From: Amphiscolops sp. MND2022
Taxonomy: Eukaryota
Reading direction: 5' to 3'
Assembly: GCA_964187785.1 (NCBI GenBank)
Contig: OZ076409.1
Coordinates: forward strand, 8,372,001-8,436,000
DNA: 64,000 bases
The stretch's first letter is position 1; the number at the start of each line of letters is the position of its first letter. The notes beneath the pieces were generated by a model. It did no database searches. It saw nothing but the letters and a program-made list of their open reading frames with translations, and was not told the origin of the DNA. This document shows positions 52,554-64,000 of the stretch, one piece after another. The position numbers and the translations under genes are program-made.

Positions 52554-53155
52554 AACAAGACGGGAACGTCTAAAGTCGGCGCTATATCTAAGGCTTAAGA
52601 AGCGCAAAGTTTTCCAATTTGTAAAAGGGGGACCCTTTCGAGTTTTTGAAATTCCAGTTTGTTGCAAAATATCAAAGAAATTGAAGGGGGGACCCTTTGG
52701 AGATATTTGAAAAATCGAAAAAATTTTTGAAAATATTTTCGAAAAAAAACGAAAATGAGAATTTTGAAACAGTCTGATATTGCCGAAAAACTAGAAATGG
52801 GAGACCTTTTGGGCTTTTTGAAACTTCAGTTTGATGCAAAATATCAAAAAACTTGACGGGAGGACCCTTTGGCGACAAAAAAAAATCGAAAAAAAGTCGC
52901 ACAATGCCGAAAAAAATTCAAAGGGGGATCCTATTGTTTCGTCCGGTTCTGCATCTTACGTCAAAAATTGAGTACACGAAAGGGGGGACCTTTTGCGCTA
53001 ACTTAGATGCGTTTCCGCTTGCCGGTCCAGTAGTTTAGTAGTTCCGTAGAAAAAGTGTCCACTACGCATACATTCTGTTATCTGACGAAAAAAAAGAAAA
53101 AAAACTTGCCCCTGTAATAGTCGTGCTTGTTTTGTTAAAATGTGCCGACTGAAAA
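52554..53155 (-). mobile_element. HINE copy
   Basis: Same termini and internal ggggaccc / gccgaaaa subrepeats as other copies. Confidence 0.7.
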
Positions 53156-53659
53156 CTGCACCAAAAACTTTTAATTTGAAATTTATTTTCCAGTTGGCAG
53201 TATGGAATCCAAATACAAACTTTGTTCACAGTATTTTCTTTTCAACAGCTTCCTTTTTTAATTCACAAAAACAGTTCATTTGAACATAATCAGAGTTAAA
53301 GTGAGTGAGAAACGTTTTGTTCAAACGGAAATCTAATCCAATAACGTTTACTTCTCGTTTTGGAACAAGATTTCACTTCTAATCAAGCCAGTTTGTTGGC
53401 TACAATGCCGGACAAAATCAGTTAGGCTGAAAGTTCTTGAAAGGTTTTTGACAGCCTTTCAGATTTCCACCTCTTTCCTTGATGGCTACGAAAGTTTGCG
53501 CGAAGTTCTATATACGCCTTTTTTGTGCTTTCTTGAATCATAAAACGTATAATGGTGCTAAGGGGAAGAATGGCTATTTTCCGAAAATTGAAAGCTCTCA
53601 CAACAATCTTTAAAGAAATGAACTGGTACTAAAACATCTTCGGATTCGGATTTAGAGTC

Positions 53660-54147
53660 AACAAGACGGGAACGTCCTAAGTCGGCGCTATATCTAAGGC
53701 TCAAGAAGCGCAAAACATTTTTTTTTGGAAAAAAACTTGAAATTTTCGAAAAAAAAATTCTTTCGGAAAATGTCGCACAGTGCCGAAAAATGTAAAAGGG
53801 GGAGCCTTTTTGATTTATAAACACGCATTTTGTAGCAAAATAACAAAAAACTCAAAGGGGGGACCCTTTGGGGACATTAAAAAAACTTCGAAAAAAAGTC
53901 TCACAGTGCCGAAAAAAATCGAAAGGGGGGGACTTTAGTCCCGTCCGGGCTTGTAGGTAACGTTTAAAAAGTAAATGAATGCGCTCCCTGTTTGCCTTTA
54001 GCGGTCCAGTAGTTTAGTATTGTATTTAGTAGTTGAACGTTAATTTTAACGTTCGTCGCTTCGAGTCTGTCTTAAATAAAAAAAAGGAAAAAAAACGAGT
54101 GACTGTAATAGTCGGGCTCTTTTCTTAAGAAAAGCGCCGACTAAAAA
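53660..54147 (-). mobile_element. HINE copy
   Basis: aacaagacgggaacgtcctaagtcggcgct...agtcgggc...agcgccgactaaaaa. Confidence 0.75.
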
Positions 54148-54296
54148 TCACTGAAGTTAGTTCATGAGCTTTAACGCATAGATTTTTTCAATCACAATCA
54201 ATGATTATAACTTGACTTTTAATTGCAATTATTTTCTTTTCGAACACTGGTAAAGCCATCAGTTTAACTTAAGAGCAGATATGTTGGCATGACTTA

Positions 54297-54747
54297 AACA
54301 AGTTGGGAACGGCATACATAAGGCTCAAAAATAGCACAAGGACTTCAAAGTGTCAAATATTCGCTTCCACAGTACCCAAAAAACCTAAAAGGGAACCAAA
54401 CTCGCTCCCTAAAAAGGGGGACCCTTCGGGAGTTTTTAACATCCATTCTGTTGCAAAACATCAAAACAGTTTGAGGGGGCCCTTTGGAGACATTTGTGAA
54501 GTTTTCGAAAAAAAGTCTCGCAATGCCGAAAAAAACTGAAAGGGGGACCCTTTAGTCTTGCCCGGAATTGTATGTTACGCTGAAAAAGGAACAACCTTTA
54601 TGGTTCAGTTCCCTGGGCCAAATGGTCCCCATTTGTCTCCTTGAAATTTAGTAGTACTTTGTAGAACTATTTTGGTCAATTCGTGTGGATTGAAAAAAAG
54701 TGTCACTATAATAGTCGCATTTCACTTCATGAAGCGCCGACTAGAAA
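54297..54747 (-). mobile_element. Diverged HINE copy
   Basis: Shared internal blocks and right end atagtcgc...gaagcgccgactagaaa. Confidence 0.55.
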
Positions 54748-54840
54748 GTTTGACTCCGTAATTGATCCACAAGACCTTACATTTTGACGGTTTCGTCTCA
54801 GCTACGTCACGTGGTAATTCTGAGCGTCAGGTCAAAATAT

Positions 54841-55305
54841 GGGGACTTTTGTTTGGTCGGAAATTTGGTCGCCAGAAATTTCGTCGTCAGAAATTTCGTC
54901 GTAGAAAATTTCGTCGTATTAGCAAATCTACAAATTTCGTCGTCAGAAATATCGTCGTATTGATTAAAATAACAGCGTTCACCAAAAGATATCATTTTAA
55001 TTATTCAATTACTTAACTATTAGAATGAGATCTTAGGAACAAAATTCATTTTGACACCAAAATTGAGTCCAAAAGTTAATTGCATTCAATCAACTCATCA
55101 AGACGCTTATTGAGCAATGGTATATTTTCAGTACTACCGGTGGAACACAATTCAAGCTTGTTCCAGGGGGAATTTTTGCTTTTTCGTCAGAAAATTATCA
55201 AAAAATCCTGGTAATTTTTGCTTTAAGTGTCGAAACAACTTCGTGTTGGGGAATAAGACGAAATTTCTGACGACGAAATTTCCGAAGACGAAAGTTCTGG
55301 TAATC
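54841..55305. mobile_element. MITE-like element with 15-bp subterminal repeats in inverted orientation
   Basis: (aaatttcgtcgtcag)n at ~54860-54960 versus gacgaaatttctgacgacgaaattt at 55257-55281; caaaatatggg on both flanks may be a TSD. Confidence 0.6.
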
Positions 55306-55671
55306 CAAAATATGGGACAGTATCAAAAGCAATAGAAATGTCACTGGCTGGAGTTTTACCGAATAGTTAGTTTTTTTTTATTCCATTGGTAGGTGTGGAA
55401 AATTTAATTGTTAGCGTCTACTAGAAAAATCCTATTGCTTTTGCGCGAAGTACATACGCTAGGCAGAACTATGTTAATCATATTTTTAGACCGTCGTAAT
55501 TGTGAAAACAGCTGAACAGGCTGACAATAGCATGCTTCGATATGGCTTATTTGGCAAACTAGGTTTTTACTTAGTAAACGAAAGTTCTTAGGTAGAACTA
55601 ACAAGTTAGTGAGTGACGTCAGCGATGAAATGATTCGAATCAGCTAAGTCAGAGTCGATCTCTGATAGCGA

Positions 55672-56655
55672 ATTTTACTAAGTCCCACTTTCGAGCGAAA
55701 ATATTGTAAGATACCACCCGGGAAAAACAAGTGTGACAAAATTGGAACCCCCCAAACGGTTTTTCTCAAAAACTATCAATCGTGGAGACCTGAAATTTGG
55801 CACACGTATACATGAGCTGTTATGCTACCGATCTATGATAACAGAACCGAGCCGAGACCCCCAGTCCCGGGCTATTAGCACCGGAAGTGACCTAGGTCGA
55901 CCCCCCTATGAACTTGTCGGCCAAGACCGGAATAAGTCATATAATGTATGGAATTGATAGCCCATGGGGTATTAGGCCGTTTGCGCATTATTTCGGAAGC
56001 CTATGACGCGCGTAGGAGGAGTAGGGACCCAAAGTAAATAAACCCCGAATGTTGTGTAAATCGCCACCAGTTGACCCGAGGATCACGAAACATACCCAAG
56101 ATGTTCACCTAGTAACCCTAAGTAATATACATGAAAGATACATTAATTTGTCCGCCACGCGCGGAGTAACGTTTGTTTAAGGTACGCGGGACCGGACGCG
56201 CTGGCCCAACCGATAAAAGACATTTGACCTTGGCTTGTAATACCTCAAACGAACCGGAATGATGAATGTAGTCGATTTATAACGTGAAAGAAACCGTATT
56301 TCTAACCCATGCGGGGGTCACCGACTTAAGTAAACAAACTAGACGCATATCATGTAACTCGAAGAGCATTGACCCTAGGATGACATAATTTGGCATGTAG
56401 CAACTTTGGATGAGGACGAATAACTTCAAGGTCACCCACGGACCTCAAGGTCATTTTAGATGTAACCCCGGAGCATACGGAAGAACTTACGGTAAAACAT
56501 GTAAATCAACGTCTTTAAGCGATAATTTATGCAATCCAGTCAGGCGAGAGAATTCGCGATGCACCGTGCTCAGAATAATAGAAAAGTACCCCTCACACGT
56601 GGAGAGCATGTAAACCATGTAATTGAAGGTCATTGAGCAATCGGCTCGTTATTAG
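55672..56655. repeat. GC-richer interspersed repeat, possibly a non-autonomous rolling-circle element
   Basis: Compositional shift, ctgaaatttggcac motif, terminal mini-hairpin gagc-aatcg-gctc; single copy in the window. Confidence 0.3.
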
Positions 56656-58655
56656 AAATATCTCAGAGGACTTGAATTATTATTGAAATGTGAACTTTGT
56701 ACAACCAGTGTTGAACTATTTGTCGTTGGCGGCGAAGAATGTCTGGCCGAAACATAACTATGGAGCTGCCATGCCATAAAAGGAATGAAACTGCATAAAG
56801 TTAAAAGCATGCAGATAAAAGAGCGACATCGAAACAACAAAAATGCGGGCGATGAACAAATACAATTGAGGCGGAATTGCAAAATACTTGAATAGACAGA
56901 ACCGAGTTAGAAAGCTGGGATCAAGTTGAGTCTCGCGAAGGCAAGATACTTGTTCGAATTAACACTCGCGTTTCTCGACAAGCGAGTAAGAGAACTAGAA
57001 GAAGGTTGAGTCTCGCGGAGACAAGAGACACTTCTAGATTAGGTTGCCGCCAGCAGAAGAGATTAACTGACAAGTCGGGACTTGTGATTTTGGTTGAAGT
57101 TGGAGCTTCAACAAGATTGAATTGCGCCTAACGCACCTGGCTGAATCGTGGATTCGATTGTTGTTGTACCCTTTTACTGAGAATTGTAGATAGTACTTGA
57201 TGAATATTAGTTAGTTTGACTGATTGGAATTACTTAGTGATATTGTTTTCGTTAAAGAAGTAATTTTATTATTCCATTACTCGAAGCTTTTGGAAACCGT
57301 GAGCCGAAAGAGCATTATTCGGAGAGAGAAATTGACAGTAACTTCAAGAGAATTGGCTAACTCACTAAAACAACCTTTTTGTCTGTTAAGCTTCCAATCC
57401 GAGGTAAAACTCTCTCCGACCCCCGAATTGGATTTTCTCACAGTAGGTATGAATTTTTTGGGTTAAAAAAACTTTTTTGCATTAACTTGCAATAAGGGCA
57501 AGAAGGTTGCTGGGAACTCAAAGCTATTGAAGGGCTCATGTTTGTATTAATTCTTTTTTGAATATACAAATCAATGCCTTCATATGTTTGTAAATAATGC
57601 AGAAGAGAAATTTTGACCGACTGTAACCTTTGATATCTACTTTGGAAAATGCTTGAAATAACTCTACAATTATCTTGCAAAAAAACTGGAGCTCCTATAA
57701 GGACTTTAAAAGCCTATAATTCCAAATTAGTGATTGCGAAGAAATGTCGTTGAACGAACAGTTATTCATATTAAACATTCAAGTTTACATTGCAATTTTC
57801 CTTAATCGCTCAAACTGGAACTCGAAGATACGCGGAAATGTAAGCAATCATGATGGTTTTTTAATTTTCTAATTTATGATCATCGTTATTTGAAGTTCCT
57901 TTGCTCAAATTTTTTATGGAACGGAATCACATGCATCAGAACTTATCCTTCCAAAAATCAGAGCTCTTATTGCTTGCAATGAACGCCATCATGTTCGTTT
58001 GATTTTTTCTTGCAAGATCATTCATGTTATGCATTCACATTACAGCATGAGCTTGATCTTAGATGTAAAATTTTTCGCATGCCTATTAAGGTCTATCTGA
58101 TGTACCGTGGTCACTTTTCTAAATCGACCAACATTTCTGATACTATCAACAACACCTTGAATTGGGGGTCTTATACTGCTGTTTTTAATAATATAAAGCT
58201 CTTGAAAAATCTTTCTGTTTTATGTGGTGCTATCCATGACATGCTTCTAAACACTTCAGCTGAAACAATGCTCAGTTCTTTAAATTTGTAAGCCTGCGGG
58301 CAACAAATAATAAATAAATCTTCTTCAAAAAAATCTTCATACTACTGTTTATAGCATTCCTTAAGGCATTCTGTCCAATGCCAATCCTTTCATTCTATGA
58401 CTAACCTGCCCGAACCATGTTTTCTTCGTTCTGTATTAACCTCTCAAACTCCGTTGTTTTTCGAACAACGTTTGTAATATTATTTGTGTTCACAGATCTA
58501 ATTTGAATTTTGGTCATGATAACATTTCGTTTTTCTGACTGTTCACTTTTTTGCCATTTTGTTTCTGTCCGACAGGCGAAATGATTGGTTTTTTCTAAGC
58601 CGTCTTCAAATCTTCTATATGGTCTATAAATTACTTCCCAATATTTATGTCCATG

Positions 58656-58974
58656 TTTTTAGTCGGCGCTTTTCTAGGGAAAAGTGCCCGACTCTTACAG
58701 TGGCTAGTTTTTTTCTTTTTGTTTCGTCAGACTACAATCTCACTCTGATTGGGCCACTTTTCTTACAATCGAAACTACTAAAACTACTACCATAAGGCCA
58801 AGTCCGGTCAGCGGAAATTAGTGCCAAAGGGTCCCCCCTTTTACATTTTTCGGCACTATGCGACATTTTCTGAAAGAAAAAAATTCAAAAATTTCAAGTT
58901 TTTTTTCAAAAAAATGTCCTTTGCGCTTTTTGAGCCTTAGATGTAGAGCCGACTTTAGACGTTCCCGTCTTGTT
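58656..58974 (+). mobile_element. Short HINE copy
   Basis: 5' hairpin agtcggcgcttttc-tagg-gaaaagtgcccgact; 3' gccgact plus agacgttcccgtct stem-loop. Confidence 0.75.
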
Positions 58975-58992
58975 ATAATCAGACAACATGTC

Positions 58993-60743
58993 TGTCGCGG
59001 GCTGCCGCCTGCGACAGCAATTGGTACTCAGTCGGATACAACTACAATACTCTCCCTGGTACCCTCCCAATGAACTGAGGAATGGACTATTAGTCCATAA
59101 GTCTAAGAAGACAAACTACAAACTTATCTTATTATGATTGATTTCGCATATGTTTATATAAGTATATCATTTTATTCGGGGGTTTTATATTAATGAAATT
59201 TGAAATGCTTTGGAATAATTATCCGGAATTAGCCATGTAAAGTATGTAGTTGAAAGTTGAATATAGTGTATCAATACATGTATAACAGTGATAGATATAT
59301 ACCACGGTTGAGAATTTGGACACCAAGGCGTACAGGTAAAGGAAACGAGTTCAAATGTTTCCTTTCCTGTCTCGCTAGACACGCTGTCCGTCCAATTTCT
59401 CAACCAATCACAGTGCATTGTTCATTTGCTCGCCTATTCACTCCTATGCTGTATTCTAAATTAAAGGACTCAAGGGCCACACGCCACCACAACGACGCTA
59501 CTTTTGTATTAAATAAAGGCGCGTGGACACTGAGTCCAAAGTAGAATAAAAGAAGTGCGTATATTGAAATTGATAATGTACTATCTCAGAAGCGGTATAT
59601 TTACTCTGATTGGAGATCTGTCACCTTGATTACAAAAGGACCATTAGTCCTTCCCCCCCCCTCTTTTGTGTTCTCTTATTTTCCAGAACTTCCTGGATAG
59701 AAAGCCAAAACGAGCTGTTTGTATCTTAAGAAGCCACAAAGGACAGCTCAATGTTCACACACCATCTTTGCATGTATTTATTTCATATGATTTAGCATGT
59801 ATTGTTTTACATGATGTGTTGCTACTGAAACTCAATTGGATGGCCTGAAGGGGCACATGTACATCTTTGAATGTAACTACTTCATATATGTAGAAGCACG
59901 TAAATTAATTACGTCATGGTTGTTGCTATTTTTAGTATTACGATAATATACTTGTAAAGACACGTTGTATGTTGTGTCTATTTTTAGAATACCTGTTACT
60001 AAAATTAGACTGATGACTACCACTATTATGCATGTCATGTTTGGTTGATGATAAATAACCGGGACCCGTGGTCCCGGGGACATAATCTTCCTATGACAAG
60101 TCACAGTCAGTTCGCTGTTAAAATACCGAATACAATACTGTTTGCAAGCTTAAAGATTTCAATTCAAATTCTTTCCTCTTGCAACAATCTCTTATGCCTT
60201 CTACGAGACGTCAAAAGGCGAAAGCTAGGAAATCTAGAGAAATGGACATGCTGTCCGACATAGAAAATATGGACGTGATGCTAGGCAATGCGAATAATAA
60301 CCCCATAGAAAGGGAATTAGTCGATGCCATTGAACAATCATCAGTACAAGGAGATATTGAGACGAGTGAATACCTGGAGAATCAGTATACTAATTTTCCT
60401 CATGAAAATAATCTTCCTAGACAAGATGACATAAGGCAATCCCTTGAGACCTTTTCAAACGAGTTCAACCTTAGACTGTCACAGGAAATGGATTCAATGA
60501 TGTCTATGGTGCATAGTCAGATAAACAGGGCGATTAGCAATGCTATCTCTGAGAGAGTCATTCCTGAAATCCAGAACATTGTGAGTTCTATGTCTTCCAC
60601 AGGAAATAGGGACACTGAGGCTAGTGTTTCCCCGAATAGCCAGGAAAACAGGGAATGTTCATCCGGGTTTAAATCAAAATTTGCAAAGAAGGACTCACAG
60701 TCTGCATGTGATTTAAGAGACATTGCAGGTCGTAGTCATTACA
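58993..60743 (+). repeat. Inferred 5' LTR (1751 bp) followed by PBS tggtgacaggag (tRNA-Leu-like)
   Basis: Start matches the solo LTR at 29244; ends ...ttaCA immediately before TGG, at the position equivalent to the solo LTR end. The partner LTR is outside the window. Confidence 0.75.
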
Positions 60744-61879
60744 TGGTGACAGGAGCTAACGAAACCCAACAGCCAATTCCTGAATTCCTGACTGGACGAA
60801 TCCACTCAATCCCAAACCTGGAGAGGCAACAATCTAACCACAATGTCTCTCTGGACACGACTCTGCCAGCCCCAGACCCTGAGGTCCCACAGACACCTCA
60901 GGACCCGCTTAACAGATTGGCTGATGTACTAGTCAACTTGCAAAACAAACCCCAGCGATGACCATCCGACCGGTCCAAACCACACCAATGACATTTGACG
61001 GAAAAAGCGAAAAGTTTGAGCTTTTCGAGGACTTGTTCCACACAATGATCAAAATGCAACCGGCCATGACAGAGCAAATGAAAATAAACCATTTTCACTC
61101 ACTGCTCAGAAAAGGGGCCCTGCAGACCTTCAGGAACATAAACTCAATTAACCGTCAAACACTCGAGGATGTGCTAATCATATTCCGGAGAAAATACGTC
61201 AAACCGGAATCCCAAGCAACGGCAAAACACAAATGGCATCGGCTGACTTTCGATCCGAATACCATGAAATTGCCGGATTTCTTGGAAGAACTGAACCAGG
61301 GGGCAGAAAAAGCTTTCGGCGAAAATGCAAAAAGCATGATTGACAGCATATTATACGCAAAACTGCCTCCAAAATTGAAACGATCTGTCAATATGGCCCG
61401 CCTGGAGAACGGGACATATGAAGAAATCGTCGCTCATCTTGAAAGAGCTTGAACTCAACGCATTAGAAGAATCAGACGATTTGCCAATCGCCACAATGGC
61501 CTCTGCGTCCACCAGTAACAACAATTTGCTCTCTAATGGCATAAATACTAATAAGGACGCACAATGCTCTTATTGTAAAGCCACAGGCCACTTTTATAAG
61601 AGCTGCCCCAAATTGAAAAAGAAGAAAGAACTGGAGGACAAAAATGGCAAAAAGCCCCAACGTCCTACATACCCAGAATGCCCTACTTGCGGAAAGAAAA
61701 ATCACCCCGTTGAAAGATGCTGGAAAGGGGCTGGAGCACATTTACGCCCCAAAAGGACACGTCCTGAGGATAAGGCTGATGACACCTCTGGCGATGAAAA
61801 ATCGTCCAAAAAGTCAACTAACCCTGAAACTGCATCTTCAGGCCAATCAAACTCACGTAAAACGGACTCAAAAAACTAA
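60194..61879 (+). pseudogene. gag: gag (frameshifts ~60957 and ~61447)
   Basis: Basic N-terminus, capsid-like TFDGKSEKFELFE..., knuckles CSYCKATGHFYKSC and CPTCGKKNHPVERC. Confidence 0.85.
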
Positions 61880-64000
61880 TTTCGCCACGACTCCAAATAT
61901 GTAACAAGATGTCAGTACGACAGTACGTCATATCTGACCCTGCAAACATTACTTATAAACAAACTCAAAACGACACCACAGGGATGCCATCGACTGTCTG
62001 GCAGCAGCAGATGGCCGACGCCCGCAGAGAAACCCAATATATCATTCACAGTGATCACCCATACCTATATCGACGGAATAGCAATTACAACGACTCCGAA
62101 ACTCAATTTAGACCCTTACAAACTGTCGAAGATTATAACCCTCAATACTATGACCCCGAGTATGGCAAAGACCCGTACTGGGACGAAGAACTATATGACA
62201 AAACCAATTTACAATTTCGAAATGAAGATTACCCTCCAACTGACGACGAGGACGACCCAGACATTAAAGACAACACACTGTCTCGGGCCCTCATTGATCT
62301 TTGGCAGCCGAACTTTGAGGCAACTATACAAGAAGTAGACGCCATACACACACAGGAGGACCACAAGGCTCCTAATAGTCTTTTAGACGAGACAGCCTTC
62401 TTACACCTCCTAGTGACCAAAGAAGGAGAATTACCATACGTTCCCCTTTCAACAAACCTTGGACTTAAATTCAAACGACGAATGCTCTATTTCCCAATGG
62501 ACTTTGGGGAATTAACTATAGATGGCCTGATAGACACTGGAGCTCACTCCAGTGCAATCCCGGAGGCAGACCTCAGGAAAATACGCCTGTTGGCCCCCCA
62601 ATCCATTGTAAAAGAAGGTCCTGCCCCATCCTTTCAAATAATGGTCGCAAATGGAGACTTAGAAACCCCAAAGAGCACAGTCGAACTAAAATTCGAAGTG
62701 GGCGACATAGAATTTCACGAAATTTTCATTGTAATGGAAAAACTGTCAAGCCCCATAATTGGACTAATGTTCCTTCAAAGGAACCACACTGTCCTGGACA
62801 TGCGCCAAGGTATACTCAACTTTCCCTACTTCTCGATGCAACTCAAGACGGCTGACCATAAATACTCAAATGTTTTGGAACCCATCCTCAACCCTGAGGA
62901 TGTCACAATCTCGCCCAATGACCATGTGGTCATACCCATTCAATCACAAATTTACGCAGAAAATGCAGTTACGGGCATATTGCAACCTAGCGATCTTCTG
63001 CACGAGGAAGGCGACATAACCTTCTGTGCCGCCATAGTCACACTACATGAAGGGGCTATGAGAATACACGTCAACAATTTCACTGATCAACCCTATAAAA
63101 TAAAGAAAGGGATGCACATTGCAAACTTTTCAGTGATGACCCCTGAACAGATGAAACACGTCAGGCCAATAGACCCAGTGTCCACCTGGCACTTACTGAA
63201 TGAAAATGAAGACGACGCTATTTATTATATTAGTAGCCTTCTTAAAGCTAACAGAAATAATGACCAATACGAACAATATTGGTTCCCGACGCCTGAAAAC
63301 CCAGGGGACGAAACGACCCATACCCCAATACAACAAAGAATTCTCAAAGAATTACGAAACCTGCAAAGTTTAGAACAACTCAACCCGCACGACGATGCGG
63401 AATCTCGTCGAAAATTCCTCAACAATTTTGATTGGAAGGACTCAATGTTACAACAACATGAAATCAGACAAATAGAAACTCTATTAGTGGAATTCCATGA
63501 CATCTTTGCACGCCATAGATTTGACATTGGCGTCAATGAGGAATTTACGGTCAAACTGACCCCAAAAGACGAATCACCTGCCTACAGTCAGAGCCTACCT
63601 GCCCCGGTCAACCTCAAAGAAGACATATTGGTTGAACTGGCGTTACTCCATAAATATGGGATTATAACAACACTACCATTCTCGAAGTACGCCAGTCCAA
63701 TATTTGCGCAGAAAAAACCCAATGGAAAACTGAGACTGTTGGTGGATTTGCGAAAGATCAATAATCTGATTTCAGATGACTACGTCAATAACAACCACCC
63801 AGTCAGCACCTTGACGGATGCGGCGCAACATATGGCAGGCAAAAAGCTCTTTTGCAAACTCGACTGTTCCCAAGCTTATCATTGCCTTCCTATGGCAGAC
63901 CAGAAATCGATTGAAATGCTAGCTTTAAACTTCGCCAGCAGGACATTTGCATATAGAAGATTGGCCCAAGGACTCAGTAGAGCCCTGTCGGCCTTCTCCA
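61870..64000 (+). CDS. pol: pol (protease and N-terminal RT), open to window end; absent from the ORF track
   Basis: Hand translation stop-free for 710 codons: GLIDTGA (DTG 62533), IIGLMFL, YASPIFAQKKPNGKLRLLVDLRKIN, KLDCSQAYH, LAQGL. Confidence 0.92.

Larger units (their letters stand above)
58993..64000 (+). mobile_element. Ty3/gypsy LTR retrotransposon (5' part; runs off the window)
   Basis: Inferred 5' LTR, PBS, gag with two CCHC knuckles, and an open pol in the -1 frame. Confidence 0.9.

Noticed and set aside
54860..54960. Regular short repeats suggesting a CRISPR array
   Set aside because: 15-bp tandem units without unique spacers, mirrored at 55257-55281; eukaryotic TE context.
56709..57113. 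Possible solo LTR (TGTTGAA...TTCAACA, internal direct repeat gttgagtctcgcg)
   Set aside because: No TSD (accag versus agatt) and no second copy in the window.
57240..58600. Possible decayed minus-strand coding sequence with a CxxC motif (CPYC)
   Set aside because: No sustained frame or recognisable family.

Overview
AT-rich, repeat-saturated eukaryotic (probably invertebrate; species not determinable) DNA with no convincing host gene. The centrepiece is a ~17 kb retrovirus-like Ty3/gypsy element (11647-28621). It has 269-bp LTRs differing at 4 sites, a ~1,050-codon Gag with a zinc knuckle and RS-rich tail, PR-RT-RH-INT, an envelope gene with the cysteine pattern of class III (chuvirus-G / herpes-gB-like) fusion proteins, a small hydrophobic ORF before gag and three extra ORFs after env. 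Also present: a near-intact BEL/Pao element (37238-43894, TSD GTTGC) nested in an older antisense BEL gag and carrying tRNA-like Pol III cassettes; a decayed Mag-like gypsy (44053-50037, TSD GGTAT); and a gypsy family whose 1751-bp LTR encodes the first ~190 codons of Gag (solo LTR 29244-30994; element from 58993 running off the window). The rest is about nine Helentron-type non-autonomous elements, tRNA-derived SINEs, MITE-like elements and a LINE remnant. All protein-family calls come from motif recognition by eye; no searches were run.
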